64,000 nt of DNA from an uncultured Clostridia bacterium (lineage in GTDB: Bacteria > Bacillota > Clostridia > Christensenellales > CAG-138): contig CALVWJ010000002.1 of assembly GCA_944366945.1 (NCBI GenBank), positions 111,379-175,378 on the forward strand. The letters run 5' to 3'. The translations under genes and the position numbers were made by a program. Numbering within the stretch: position 1 is the stretch's first letter; each line of letters begins with the position of its first letter. Below the pieces are notes generated by a model. That model saw only the letters and a list, made by a program, of their open reading frames with translations, was not told the DNA's origin and did not search any database. Of the stretch, positions 1-9,758 are shown piece by piece.

Positions 1-3000
1 CGCGCATCTGTTAGGGAGGCCGTAAAGCTTCCTTCGTCCGTATAGCTTGCAGAAGTTTGGATGTATTCGGTATCGCTACCAACTTTTGAAGTAAGGGCGT
101 TCCCTTTGCTATCATAGGTGAAGGTGTACTTCATCCCAGAATCGCTTGTAGCAGTGAGCAGGTTATGCTTGTTATCATAGGTATAATTAAACTTATTGCC
201 CTTTGCGTCCGTAGTCTTCACAAGGTCGTTTGTGCCATTGTATTCAAACGCACCGTTTTGTTCTGCAAGCCCCTGTACGCTCACAACATTGCCATCGCTG
301 TCATACGTATAGCTTTCGCAGAACTCCTCTTTGAACACCTGCATGCCATCAAAATAAGCTTCGTTGCAGTTATAGTTGTATTCAAAGCTGAACACGATCG
401 AGCTGTAGTTAAAAGGCGCCACTGCCGCACCGCAGATATATTGCCATTCGGTGCTATCCGGGTTAAAGCTGATTTCGTAATACCTTGTTTCTCCGGAGCC
501 AACAAAGCCAAGCCGCAGCTTGCGCTGGCCATAAGTAATTTCGTTGCTCTCACCCTCATTTTTTACAAAAGAAGGCACCGTATTCATCTGCGCCCACCCA
601 CCAAAGGTGTAGCAATCACCTGTTGAGCCGGAGACCGGGATGGTTTGGGATACTACTTTATCCGCTGTAGTGCTGCCAACGAGCTTATAAGCACTGTTCG
701 AAAATGCTTCAGGATGAAGCGCACCGGAAACGGTTACAAGGGTATCATCGGCTGTTAGGCTGCTGCCGCGCGTCCATGCAGTAGCATCGTCTAAGTCCGC
801 ATCTTCCAGCAGGTTGTAGCGGTTCATGGCGTCTGCCCGTTCAAGCAAGACACAATCGGCATATGCTGTGCCCGAATTCGGGAGCTTGATCTGCACCGTT
901 ACCGAGCTGCCTGCCGAGGATGGCAACGTAAACGTAAGGCTCTCTCTTTGCCAGGCAAGCGTTGCCCCACTCACGCCGGTGCTTTGCACAGTCGTATCGC
1001 CATATGCAGCGGAAAGGCACGCGCCATCTGCGCCCTTAAAATAGGCCGATAAGGTATATGTTTCACCCGGCGTCAACGTTACGCTTTGTGAAGCTGCCGC
1101 ACTTGCGCCACTGAGCTTCACACTTCTGCTTCCCATGAATTTGTCCCCTGTGCTGTAAGAAGCACCAGAGCCCATGACCCAGGAAGCGGACGTTTCCATG
1201 TTATGGTTCTCGAGCAGGTTAATCGATGTTTTCTGCAGCTTGGATATGGTTTTAAGCTGCGTTACAGTGCGTTCTCCATCATAAAACGAACAGTACTGCG
1301 CGCTTCCATCTACATCACGGATGGAAACAGTCTGACCGTGGTTATTGAACTGATAAATGCTTTTACGGTCTTGGTTGTCGGTAAACGTTGTGCTATTCCA
1401 GCCGTGTGAGATGGTAAGGCTACCGCCCTCCGTGGATCCTGCATATTCGCAAATGTTTACCACGCGGTAGGGCGCAGCGCCAGTGTATCCATATTCCACC
1501 TTATAACCATCATGGTTTTGTGCCACAACAAGGTTACCATTGGCGTCATATGTATAAGCGCTCTGTTTGTTGTCAGCATATGTAATGCCCGTAAGCCTGC
1601 CTGCAGAATTGTAGTTATAGCTTAAATCCAGTCCATCGGGGGAATCAATGGAAGCAAGTTTCCCGTTCGTGTAACTGAGCGTAGTTGTGCGGTTCGCTCC
1701 ATCTACAATGGTAGAAATCTGGCCACTGCTATTGTAGTTTATGGTTAGCGTGTTTCCATTGCAATCCTTAACTTGATAGAGCTGTCCAGCGCCGTTGAAG
1801 ATGAGCTGGTTGCCAATCTTGTCTTGAATTGTTTTTGTGGAGCCGCTTACAGTAAGTGTTGTTTCTTTATCGAGCTCATTTTCGTACAGCGTACTGTTAG
1901 CGGTAGATTGCTTATAATAATGCGCTGTTCCATCTCCATCGATGTGCTGATAATAATTCGTTTCGCTGATCGTAATGGGGACAGCGGTTTGAGCATAGTT
2001 CAAACGCCACCCATAGCCATAGCCGAGATCGGTGTCTTTATCATGCGTATTAAATACATGGCTCAGTGCGATGGGCATCACGCCGCTTGCAATGCTTACA
2101 TCGTTATGCGTCAGCACGAGGTTTCCGTTGTAGTCGTTTACGGATACCGTACCTGCTCTGCCTATGTTCTGGCTATGGTAGGTCCATGTATCCTCCAAAC
2201 CGGTCGCATTCACATATACGATTGAAGCATATGGATGTGAGCTATAGTAATACTGGGCGTCTACGGAATAATACTCCATATAGCCCCAAGTCTCGTCATG
2301 TGCCTTGATCACGCAGCCATAGTTCGGGGTTCCGTCATACCATTGCTTCACAAGCCCCGTTATGTCCCATGTGTTGAATGAACCTGGCAATACAGAGTAG
2401 GATATGCTCTCAACCTTTGCTGCATCATATGCTGCACGATTATTCCAGACAAGCGTCGAACTTGTCCAGTCTTCTGTCACGCGATGGACATCGAGTCTAA
2501 GGTCATTTGAAGAGTTGGAGTTCCTGCGGGCGATATTGAGCGATGCTTTGATCACCATATCTCCTGCGCCAAGCTCTGGAAGATTGGGGAACTTAATATA
2601 AATGCGGTTTATCCCGCTTGATTCACCGTATCCTACTTTAAGCCTGGAAAACAGGTAGGTGTTTTCAACTGGGTCAAGCGAGCTGATAAACGTGTCGTGT
2701 ACTTGAGAGGAGTCCAGGGACGTTTGAATGTCCGGATCGATTATGATAGGAAACTCGCGCTCCGGTGCCTCCATCCATGCGCGGGAAGGGAGCATAGAGT
2801 ATACAAATGTGAGTTCACCATTTGTTGTTTCTGCATTGCTGATCCGATCCACTGATTGTCCTGCATCAAGCTTTTCCTGTAATTCCTGCAGTTCTTGCAG
2901 TTCTTCTTCCGACAGCGAGATAGGCTGTTCAATCTCTTTTTCCGAAGATTCTATGCTTGTACCAGCCTCTAAAATGACTTCATCCGATGCGTCTATATCA

Positions 3001-4304
3001 GTAGGAATCGCAGATTGTGCTTCTTCTTGCCCCTCTGCCATATCGGATTCCGCAGGAGCTTGCCCACCGGGCACATCAATACTTGACCCGGAAAGGCTGA
3101 TTATGGCAGATGCCTTTTGGCACGCCAACGTTTCACCATCCGCTGGGAATGCATCTGCCGTTTCTGCTTCTGAACTGGGCGCATGCTGTGTATCTTCCGA
3201 TTCAGTCCAAACTTCCGGCTCGTTCGGTGCATCTTCTGTTTGCGGAGTTTCCGGTTCTTGCGTTGTGCTTTCCGGCGCTGAGGTTTCCTGCCCGCTTGGC
3301 AGTTCAGTTAGATTCTCACTTTCTGGTATCTCCGTTTCATTTGGAGCGACTTCCTCTTCTGCAGTAATTTCGCCGGAAGGCTGTATTTGGATTGCAAAGC
3401 TGCTTTCCACTGCTTCGAGAAGTTCCAGCTCTGCAGTAGGCACGAGCTGAAGCGCAATATCAGATGTGGTCTCGCCAGCAGCATCCATAACAAACGGAGA
3501 AGCGATTTTAAATATCTCATCTTCTTCGGAATCAAAAAACTTGATTTCATTTCCACATACCGTAGGGGTGAGTCCGTCGCAGATCACTTCCATAGTATAG
3601 TTGCGTGACAGCTGCGCGGCGCTCTCAATGGTGATGAGTTCCCGCACGCCAGTTGGCCCTACAACATAAGCGATGTCCGTACCATTCAAAGCGCCTTCAT
3701 ATGTTATGACTGAAGAAAGATTGGGAAGTCTGCGCATGTCTGTCAAAGCCGAATCGCTTTGCTCCGCAATGGCGCTTTCTTCTAATGCTAATGCCGCTGC
3801 TCCTTGCGAGCTGACAACCTGCGCAGCAGCCGATGCGCTCCGATCTGAAAGGCGCCACGCGATAGTGTATCCGTTCTTTTCTACTTTTACAAGCTCGTCG
3901 CTGTTGGAATTGGTTGCGAAGCTGATTTGATAATTGCCTGCTTGGTTGGTATATACCTGCGTTCCGTCTGGACGCGTTTGCAGCGTCAGCCGGTTATCGA
4001 TATCTTCCCATACACCGTTTTTCATGTAGTGTACAGGATATGGATAAATTACCGCCTCTACAGCGCGATCCTCGCGCACAAAGCGCTTAATGTTTTCCTC
4101 ACGCCCTGCTTCATCTTCATATAATAAGGGACTGTCGGGCAGAGTTTCTGCCGGAGGTTCCGCAATATGCTCCGCCACACTTTGAATATAGTTTTGATAT
4201 TGAAATTCCGATGATAATGCATATACTGTGTCCCACAATGCAAAGCCAAACAAGCATGCAACTGCAAGCATTATGCTGATGATAGATTTTACAGTTTTCT
4301 TCAT
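1..4304 (-). CDS. Secreted RHS/YD-repeat protein (WapA-like) with DNRLRE-type domain and two carbohydrate-binding-like domains; 3' end runs off the window
   Basis: Not in the ORF track (no stop in window). Manual translation from ATG at 4304: signal peptide MKKTVKSIISIMLAVACLFGFALW, VHYMKNGVWEDIDN, FPIIIDP, DNRLRE-like VHRVTEDW...WDITGLVKQWY...NYG, VNDYNGNL...GYGWRLNY, YD repeats (YTYDANGNL, YTYDSDGNV, YTYDNKHNL). Confidence 0.9.
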   Translation of the reverse strand, partial: MKKTVKSIISIMLAVACLFGFALWDTVYALSSEFQYQNYIQSVAEHIAEPPAETLPDSPLLYEDEAGREENIKRFVREDRAVEAVIYPYPVHYMKNGVWEDIDNRLTLQTRPDGTQVYTNQAGNYQISFATNSNSDELVKVEKNGYTIAWRLSDRSASAAAQVVSSQGAAALALEESAIAEQSDSALTDMRRLPNLSSVITYEGALNGTDIAYVVGPTGVRELITIESAAQLSRNYTMEVICDGLTPTVCGNEIKFFDSEEDEIFKIASPFVMDAAGETTSDIALQLVPTAELELLEAVESSFAIQIQPSGEITAEEEVAPNETEIPESENLTELPSGQETSAPESTTQEPETPQTEDAPNEPEVWTESEDTQHAPSSEAETADAFPADGETLACQKASAIISLSGSSIDVPGGQAPAESDMAEGQEEAQSAIPTDIDASDEVILEAGTSIESSEKEIEQPISLSEEELQELQELQEKLDAGQSVDRISNAETTNGELTFVYSMLPSRAWMEAPEREFPIIIDPDIQTSLDSSQVHDTFISSLDPVENTYLFSRLKVGYGESSGINRIYIKFPNLPELGAGDMVIKASLNIARRNSNSSNDLRLDVHRVTEDWTSSTLVWNNRAAYDAAKVESISYSVLPGSFNTWDITGLVKQWYDGTPNYGCVIKAHDETWGYMEYYSVDAQYYYSSHPYASIVYVNATGLEDTWTYHSQNIGRAGTVSVNDYNGNLVLTHNDVSIASGVMPIALSHVFNTHDKDTDLGYGYGWRLNYAQTAVPITISETNYYQHIDGDGTAHYYKQSTANSTLYENELDKETTLTVSGSTKTIQDKIGNQLIFNGAGQLYQVKDCNGNTLTINYNSSGQISTIVDGANRTTTLSYTNGKLASIDSPDGLDLSYNYNSAGRLTGITYADNKQSAYTYDANGNLVVAQNHDGYKVEYGYTGAAPYRVVNICEYAGSTEGGSLTISHGWNSTTFTDNQDRKSIYQFNNHGQTVSIRDVDGSAQYCSFYDGERTVTQLKTISKLQKTSINLLENHNMETSASWVMGSGASYSTGDKFMGSRSVKLSGASAAASQSVTLTPGETYTLSAYFKGADGACLSAAYGDTTVQSTGVSGATLAWQRESLTFTLPSSAGSSVTVQIKLPNSGTAYADCVLLERADAMNRYNLLEDADLDDATAWTRGSSLTADDTLVTVSGALHPEAFSNSAYKLVGSTTADKVVSQTIPVSGSTGDCYTFGGWAQMNTVPSFVKNEGESNEITYGQRKLRLGFVGSGETRYYEISFNPDSTEWQYICGAAVAPFNYSSIVFSFEYNYNCNEAYFDGMQVFKEEFCESYTYDSDGNVVSVQGLAEQNGAFEYNGTNDLVKTTDAKGNKFNYTYDNKHNLLTATSDSGMKYTFTYDSKGNALTSKVGSDTEYIQTSASYTDEGSFTASLTDA

Positions 4305-4440
4305 CTGATTGTTTTAAGATGCTATCGCATCTCTCTCCTCTCTAATATTTTGCAGAAATGGCGTTTTCTAAGAAATGGATCCCTTGGAGAAGTGTATATG
4401 CAAGCTTTGCTGTTTTTCTTTATCACCTCTGTTCTCAATA

Positions 4441-4457
4441 TTCGACAATGTGTGACA
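4441..4457 (-). promoter_or_regulatory. Tandem Spo0A-box-like sites upstream of the RHS gene
   Basis: Minus strand TGTCACA-cat-TGTCGAA; the second site matches the TGNCGAA consensus. Confidence 0.4.
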
Positions 4458-5129
4458 TTATCAGTTTAGTCCGGCCGCTAAGATGGTGAACAGTGATAAT
4501 TTGGCGACATATATGTGCCAATTTCAAAGAAACTCATATCCTAATGTATAGTAATCAAGAGTCTGTTGAATTCACCTTTATCATTTCCTGCACCGTAGAT
4601 ACTTTCATAGCGTTTATTCTGAGCGCCCATAACTATCGCTTAACTCTTTCGTACATTTCCAAGGTATATAGAAGTCCGCACCAACGTGCCTCCATCCAAG
4701 GCCCAGTAGTGCCAGCTGGCAGCATTTTCTTATGCCATTGCTTTTGTTACAATAGAATTGGTATTCATCTGTAGGGTGTTGCGTATCATTTTTCCTTCAA
4801 TTTTCATTTTTAAGCGGGCACACTAGCATCCATTGGGATGGACGCTAGTATATCACTCCCGCTTTTGTTAGGTATAGCACCAGCAGAAAAGCATATACGG
4901 ATTAACAAACATGGTTTCATACTCTCTGTAAAGCGGTTAGCGCTGCGGCTGTTCAGCAAGTACATACCTGTTTTTGGCGTTTGGGCGAATCACAGTATTT
5001 AATACTTAATAGTAAAACAAGGAAGGGCGGTAGATACCCTTTTGGATTTTCTACTCCCATGCATTTTATCTGTTATTCGTCTATACAATCCCTGTTTATC
5101 TGTTTTTATTTGTTTTGAGACCAATTTAG

Positions 5130-5171
5130 AAATAAACAAAGGTCCGCAACCTTAACGTTTGCGAACCTTTG
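5130..5171 (-). terminator. Intrinsic terminator after tRNA-Gln
   Basis: CAAAGGTTCGCAA...TTGCGGACCTTTG followed by TTTATTT on the minus strand. Confidence 0.7.
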
Positions 5172-5176
5172 CTGCT

Positions 5177-5250
5177 TGGCTGCGGAACTAGGATTCGAAC
5201 CTAGACAATACGAGTCAGAGTCGTAGGTGCTACCATTACACAATTCCGCA
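5177..5250 (-). tRNA. tRNA-Gln(CTG)
   Basis: Cloverleaf; anticodon arm TACGA-CTCTGAC-TCGTA; GTTCGAATCC; encoded CCA. Confidence 0.95.
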
Positions 5251-5267
5251 ACATTCTTTTGTAAAAG

Positions 5268-5439
5268 TAATCCCAGAGTGCCGTATGCCCTCATTATAAC
5301 ACCCGCCTCTCGGCAGGTGGGTGTATTGTGGCGGCTTCTGCTTACCAAACGCAATGAAGGTGGCATTAGCTAAGCCAACGCATACTCCCGATGTTACTCT
5401 GTGGGTTTATAAAGAGAACCTACGAACACCACAGGATTA
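5268..5439 (-). ncRNA. ssrS: 6S RNA
   Basis: About 170 nt; 5' AATCCTGTGGTGTTCGT pairs with 3' ACGGCACTCTGGGATT; Firmicute 6S-like motifs TCGGGAG, CCCACCTG...GCGGGT and ACGGCAC. Confidence 0.75.
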
Positions 5440-5443
5440 TGAA

Positions 5444-5520
5444 TGGTGGGATTAGTTGGGATCGAACCAACGACCTCTACGATGTCAACGTAGCGCTCTG
5501 ACCAGCTGAGCTATAACCCC
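5444..5520 (-). tRNA. tRNA-Val(GAC)
   Basis: GGGGTTATAGCTCAG..., anticodon arm CTACG-TTGACAT-CGTAG, CCA end. Confidence 0.95.
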
Positions 5521-5541
5521 GTTTCGCTTTGCGCAAGTACT

Positions 5542-5569
5542 ATTATACATATTTTTCGGCTCTTTGCAA
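5542..5569 (-). promoter_or_regulatory. SigA promoter of the tRNA-Val/6S/tRNA-Gln unit
   Basis: TTGCAA-16 nt-TATAAT. Confidence 0.7.
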
Positions 5570-5627
5570 CCCTTTTTTCTCCGTCTGCACTCCGCGAGGC
5601 CAGAGGCTTAGACAGTACGGGCTTTTT

Positions 5628-6293
5628 TTATTTTTCCTTCACTTTGTCCAGCGCATGCATTTGCCCAACCAGCACAGCCGGGTCCTTTGCCTTGAACAGG
5701 CTGCTGCCGGAAACCAGCATTGTAGCCCCTGCTTGCACCGCAAGCGCGGCCGTTTCAGCATTAATCCCGCCATCTACCTCAATTTCATAAGTATAGCCAT
5801 GTACGCTAGCCAACTGCGCCAACCGCTCAATCTTCTCCAGTACGCCATAGATGAACTTCTGACCGCCTGCACCTGGGTTTACGCTCATCACCAGCACAAG
5901 ATCGCATACCTCAAGCGCCGCCTCAACCATGCAGACAGGGGTCGCAGGGTTGAGTGCGATACCAGCCTTCATGCCAGCTGCGCGGATCTTCTGCAACGTG
6001 CGATGCGCATGGCGATCCGCTTCTACGTGGATGGTAAGATAATTTGCGCCTGCCTCTTGAAAAGCTTCGATCTGGGTTTCTGGATGCTCTACCATTAAAT
6101 GCACGTCCAGTGGGAGTTCTGTATAGGGACGCACGGCCCGGCACATCGCTGCGCCAAAGGTAATTGCCGGCACAAACGAACCATCCATCACATCAAAATG
6201 GACCACATCCGCACCCCATCCAGCTAAGCGTTTCACATCACGCCCCATATTAGCAAAGTCCGCCGAAAGGATTGATGGTGCCACTTTAATCAT
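5628..6293 (-). CDS. rpe: Ribulose-phosphate 3-epimerase
   Basis: APSILSADF, HFDVMDG, DVHLMV, MSVNPG, EVDGGIN. Confidence 0.97.
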   Translation of the reverse strand: MIKVAPSILSADFANMGRDVKRLAGWGADVVHFDVMDGSFVPAITFGAAMCRAVRPYTELPLDVHLMVEHPETQIEAFQEAGANYLTIHVEADRHAHRTLQKIRAAGMKAGIALNPATPVCMVEAALEVCDLVLVMSVNPGAGGQKFIYGVLEKIERLAQLASVHGYTYEIEVDGGINAETAALAVQAGATMLVSGSSLFKAKDPAVLVGQMHALDKVKEK

Positions 6294-7164
6294 ACTTATG
6301 TTTCCTCTTTTCTTTGAGTTCTTCTAAAATCAGTAAATATCGCGCATAGCGTTCTTCAGAAAGCGCGCCGCTTTCTATCAGCGGTTTGATGGCACAGCCT
6401 GGTTCGCTCGCATGCAGGCATTTTGCAAACCGGCATTCGGCCAGATGCGGACGCATTTCCGGGTAGAGTGCCGCAAGCACTTCTGGTTCAATGGCCTCCG
6501 TTTCCAGAAGGCTGAACCCCGGCGTATCCACCAGTGCACCGCCATAAGCAATCCAGAGCTCCGCATGGCGCGTCGTGTGCCTGCCGCGCTCCGTTTTGCG
6601 GGAAAGCTCTCCCACGGCAAGAGAAAGTTCCGGCAGCAACGCATTGAGCAGTGAAGATTTCCCAACTGCCGATTGCCCTGCAAAACAGCACACGTTCCCT
6701 TGAATTTCACGGCGCAATGCCGCAAGCCCTTCGCCGTTGTGCGCGGATACGGCATAAACCGAATAACCGCTCTTCTCATATTGTGCAAGGATCGCTCCAA
6801 ATAGCGCTTCTTCCCGTTCATCACATTTGTTGAGAACAAGCACAGGCGTAATGCCTGCCTGCTCGCATTGAATCAAGAGCCGGTCCACCAGCAACAGATC
6901 TGGCTTTGGCGTGGATGCTGTCATAACGATCATCAGCTTGTCCACGTTGGCGACCGCTGGGCGCATTAGGATGTTCTTGCGCGGCAGGATCGCAAGGATA
7001 CGGCCATCCTCGCCCTCATTGTGGGAAAAGCTCACCCGATCTCCCGGTACAGGCGTTATACTCTCCTTGCGGAAACGCCCACGCGCCCTGCAAACATGCT
7101 CTGTGCCCTTCGCATCCAGGACCGTGTAAAAGCTCCCAACCCCTTTTAAAATCAACCCTTCCAA
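6286..7164 (-). CDS. rsgA: Small ribosomal subunit biogenesis GTPase
   Basis: NKCD, GQSAVGKS, GRHTT, DTPGF, C-terminal CRFAKCLHASEPGC. Confidence 0.97.
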   Translation of the reverse strand: MEGLILKGVGSFYTVLDAKGTEHVCRARGRFRKESITPVPGDRVSFSHNEGEDGRILAILPRKNILMRPAVANVDKLMIVMTASTPKPDLLLVDRLLIQCEQAGITPVLVLNKCDEREEALFGAILAQYEKSGYSVYAVSAHNGEGLAALRREIQGNVCCFAGQSAVGKSSLLNALLPELSLAVGELSRKTERGRHTTRHAELWIAYGGALVDTPGFSLLETEAIEPEVLAALYPEMRPHLAECRFAKCLHASEPGCAIKPLIESGALSEERYARYLLILEELKEKRKHKYD

Positions 7165-7179
7165 GCGTTCCCCCCGCGC

Positions 7180-9042
7180 TCAGCGCAAAGCGAATTTTGT
7201 CGTTGTCCGACGGTATTCTTCTCCGTCTACATAGACGATGTATTCATAGTCCCCACCCGTGCGCAGGTATGCGGTAAACGCAACCGGTTGTTGCAGGCCA
7301 GGGGAAAGTTTGGTTTCATAAAGAACCATCTCCACGCCTTCTTCGATTTCCGTTGTAACAATTACATTCTTTTCCCTATCTACAATGTCGATATTGAATA
7401 CAATATCTGCGCAGTATGCTCCCAAGTCCGTGCGGCAAATCCAGATTTCAGCCGTTACTCCAGATGGCACTGTGACATTGGCAGATGGGCTTTGGCGCAG
7501 CACGATATCCTCCGTGCAAAGATTATCCGGCGTAATAGGATGAACCCAGATGCGCGTGAACCCGGCTTCCTCCAGTGCCGCAATGGCATCATCCAAAAGC
7601 ATCGATTTTGCAACGAGCGATGGCATCTCACTGGTTCCACTTGGCGTTCCGCTTACCCAGATATCCACTACGTCCCCTGCAAAAGTTTGTGTATCCGCCA
7701 CAGGTTCCTGCCGGAAAATCTGCCCTTCTGGGAGATCGCTCTGGCCATATTCCGTGGTTCCTATTTCCAAATCCACATCCTCCATCAACGCAATCGCCTC
7801 CTGCACGGACCGGCCTACAAGGTTTGGCACAAGCTCATAATCGCTTCCACTGCTGACTATGACCCGGATCACATCCCCTTCTTTGCCTTTTGTGCCAACG
7901 ATTGGATCTTGATAGATGATTTCGCCTTCTTCGAATTCCTCGCTGCCGCGGTATTCAAGCACTTCAAGCACAAAACCCCGCAGCTGCGCGAGCGATTCCG
8001 CTTCGTTCACCTGTTTGCCAACAAGTGTGGGCACCACATACTCCCCGTTGCTGACAGTTTCATCATCCCGCATGGCACGCGCAATAAAGAACATGGTTGT
8101 AAACAGGCCAAGCACGACCACGATCATCAGTGCGATGTTGCCAATTCCAATGGAGCTGCGCCGTTTTCTCTCCTGTTTGGGCATTTCAATCCGCGCGAAT
8201 TTTCCATGGGGCTCACGCAATGCACGCTGCAGGTCAGCTTTCATGCGCCGCGCAGTAAAATAGCGCATGCCGATATTTTTTGCAGTTGCTTTTACCACCA
8301 CATCGCTCAAAGCGCGCGGGATTTTAGGATTCACCTGGATGGGAGGTGCAATCTCCTCCTGCAGATGCTTGAGCGCAACCGTTACGGAATTATCTCCCGA
8401 AAACGGAACACTTCCCGTAAGCATTTCATAAAGCATGATGCCGCAAGAATAAATATCGCTGCCAGCAGTTGCATTATCGCCCCGCGCTTGCTCCGGTGAG
8501 ATATAATGCACAGAGCCAATTACATTTGTGCCCGCAAACGTCCTCGTACTAGCAGCAGCATCACGCGCAATGCCGAAGTCCGTCAACTTCACTTTGCCAC
8601 GCGGCGTTACAATCACATTCTGTGGCTTCACATCCCGGTGGATAATCCCCCGTTCATGTGCATGTGAAAGCGCATCCAGCACTTGGCATACATAGTTCAC
8701 AGCTGTTTTCGGTGGAAGCGGCCCTTCTTCCTTAATAATCTCCTTGAGCGTTTTCCCTGCAACGTATTCAAGTACGATATAGCTTACATCTCCATCTTCC
8801 CCTACATCATAAGAACGAACGATATTCTCATGTGAAAGCATGAGAACCGCCTGCGCTTCCCGCTCAAAACGGCGCACAAATTCCATATCGCCCTTGTGCT
8901 CATCCTTGAGCACCTTGAGTGCCACAATACGGTGATCTTCTTCGTCATAAGCCTTATACACATTTGCCATACCGCCCGTTCCGATGAGGCTATTCACACG
9001 GTAACGGCCGGAAACCAGCTGGTTTATCTCAACCATTACCAT
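7180..9042 (-). CDS. pknB: PASTA-domain Ser/Thr kinase (PrkC/PknB)
   Basis: GTGGMA, HRDVKPQN, DFGIA, TM helix, three PASTA-like repeats. Confidence 0.96.
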   Translation of the reverse strand: MVMVEINQLVSGRYRVNSLIGTGGMANVYKAYDEEDHRIVALKVLKDEHKGDMEFVRRFEREAQAVLMLSHENIVRSYDVGEDGDVSYIVLEYVAGKTLKEIIKEEGPLPPKTAVNYVCQVLDALSHAHERGIIHRDVKPQNVIVTPRGKVKLTDFGIARDAAASTRTFAGTNVIGSVHYISPEQARGDNATAGSDIYSCGIMLYEMLTGSVPFSGDNSVTVALKHLQEEIAPPIQVNPKIPRALSDVVVKATAKNIGMRYFTARRMKADLQRALREPHGKFARIEMPKQERKRRSSIGIGNIALMIVVVLGLFTTMFFIARAMRDDETVSNGEYVVPTLVGKQVNEAESLAQLRGFVLEVLEYRGSEEFEEGEIIYQDPIVGTKGKEGDVIRVIVSSGSDYELVPNLVGRSVQEAIALMEDVDLEIGTTEYGQSDLPEGQIFRQEPVADTQTFAGDVVDIWVSGTPSGTSEMPSLVAKSMLLDDAIAALEEAGFTRIWVHPITPDNLCTEDIVLRQSPSANVTVPSGVTAEIWICRTDLGAYCADIVFNIDIVDREKNVIVTTEIEEGVEMVLYETKLSPGLQQPVAFTAYLRTGGDYEYIVYVDGEEYRRTTTKFALR

Positions 9043-9758
9043 GCCTCCCCATTCTTAACTAGAACAACGCTCACATTATCCTGTGAACCGGAATCGAGCG
9101 CAAGCTCGACCAATGCAGCGCATGCCGCATCCGGCGTGGTGCTTTTCTCAAGCGCGCCCACAAGGTCTTTCCCGCTCAGTTCCGAATACAGGCCATCGGA
9201 GCAGAGCAAAAGCACGTCATTTTCTTCCCACTCGCATTCAAAAATGTCCACGCGCTCACAGGCCCGTGTCCCAAGCGCTCGTGTAATGAGATTGCGGCGG
9301 GGGTGGTGCGCCGCCTCTTCCGGCGTAAGGTATCCGGAAGCCACAAGTTCAGCCACGTAGGAATGATCCGCCGTTACTTGATGCAGCTGGCCTGCATGGA
9401 AATGGTAAAGCCTGCTGTCTCCAACATTTGCCGCCACAAAACGCGTTTTAAACAGGAGCGCCATCACAAGCGTGGTGCCCATGCCCCGGCATTCCGGGTG
9501 CACTTTGGCATATTCAAATACAGCCGTATTTGCATGGTTCACCGCATCGCGCACAAGCGCCGCTGGGCCGCCAGGGCCTCCCTTTTTCAATTCTGCAACC
9601 AAGATCTCCACGGCGATTGCACTTGCAACGTTGCCCGCATTGTGCCCGCCCATACCATCCGCCACGGCAACAAGCGAAATTTCCCCACCCTTTGGGATGA
9701 ATACGGCATCCTCATTCTTTGCCCGTTTCCCCGTTACAGAGCGTGCGGCGTAAATCAT
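9036..9758 (-). CDS. stp: PP2C-family Ser/Thr phosphatase (Stp1/PrpC)
   Basis: NEDA, VADGMGGH, NVGDSR, CSDGL, DNVS; start moved to MIYAARS overlapping the rlmN stop. Confidence 0.95.
   Translation of the reverse strand: MIYAARSVTGKRAKNEDAVFIPKGGEISLVAVADGMGGHNAGNVASAIAVEILVAELKKGGPGGPAALVRDAVNHANTAVFEYAKVHPECRGMGTTLVMALLFKTRFVAANVGDSRLYHFHAGQLHQVTADHSYVAELVASGYLTPEEAAHHPRRNLITRALGTRACERVDIFECEWEENDVLLLCSDGLYSELSGKDLVGALEKSTTPDAACAALVELALDSGSQDNVSVVLVKNGEAW

Noticed and set aside
165-4267. Plus-strand and short ORFs in the track over the left end
   Set aside because: Shadows of the long minus-strand RHS frame
7288-8499. Long antisense ORFs (also 13692-14747, 23016-24314, 33469-35160)
   Set aside because: Typical opposite-strand shadows of GC-rich genes; no motifs or RBS
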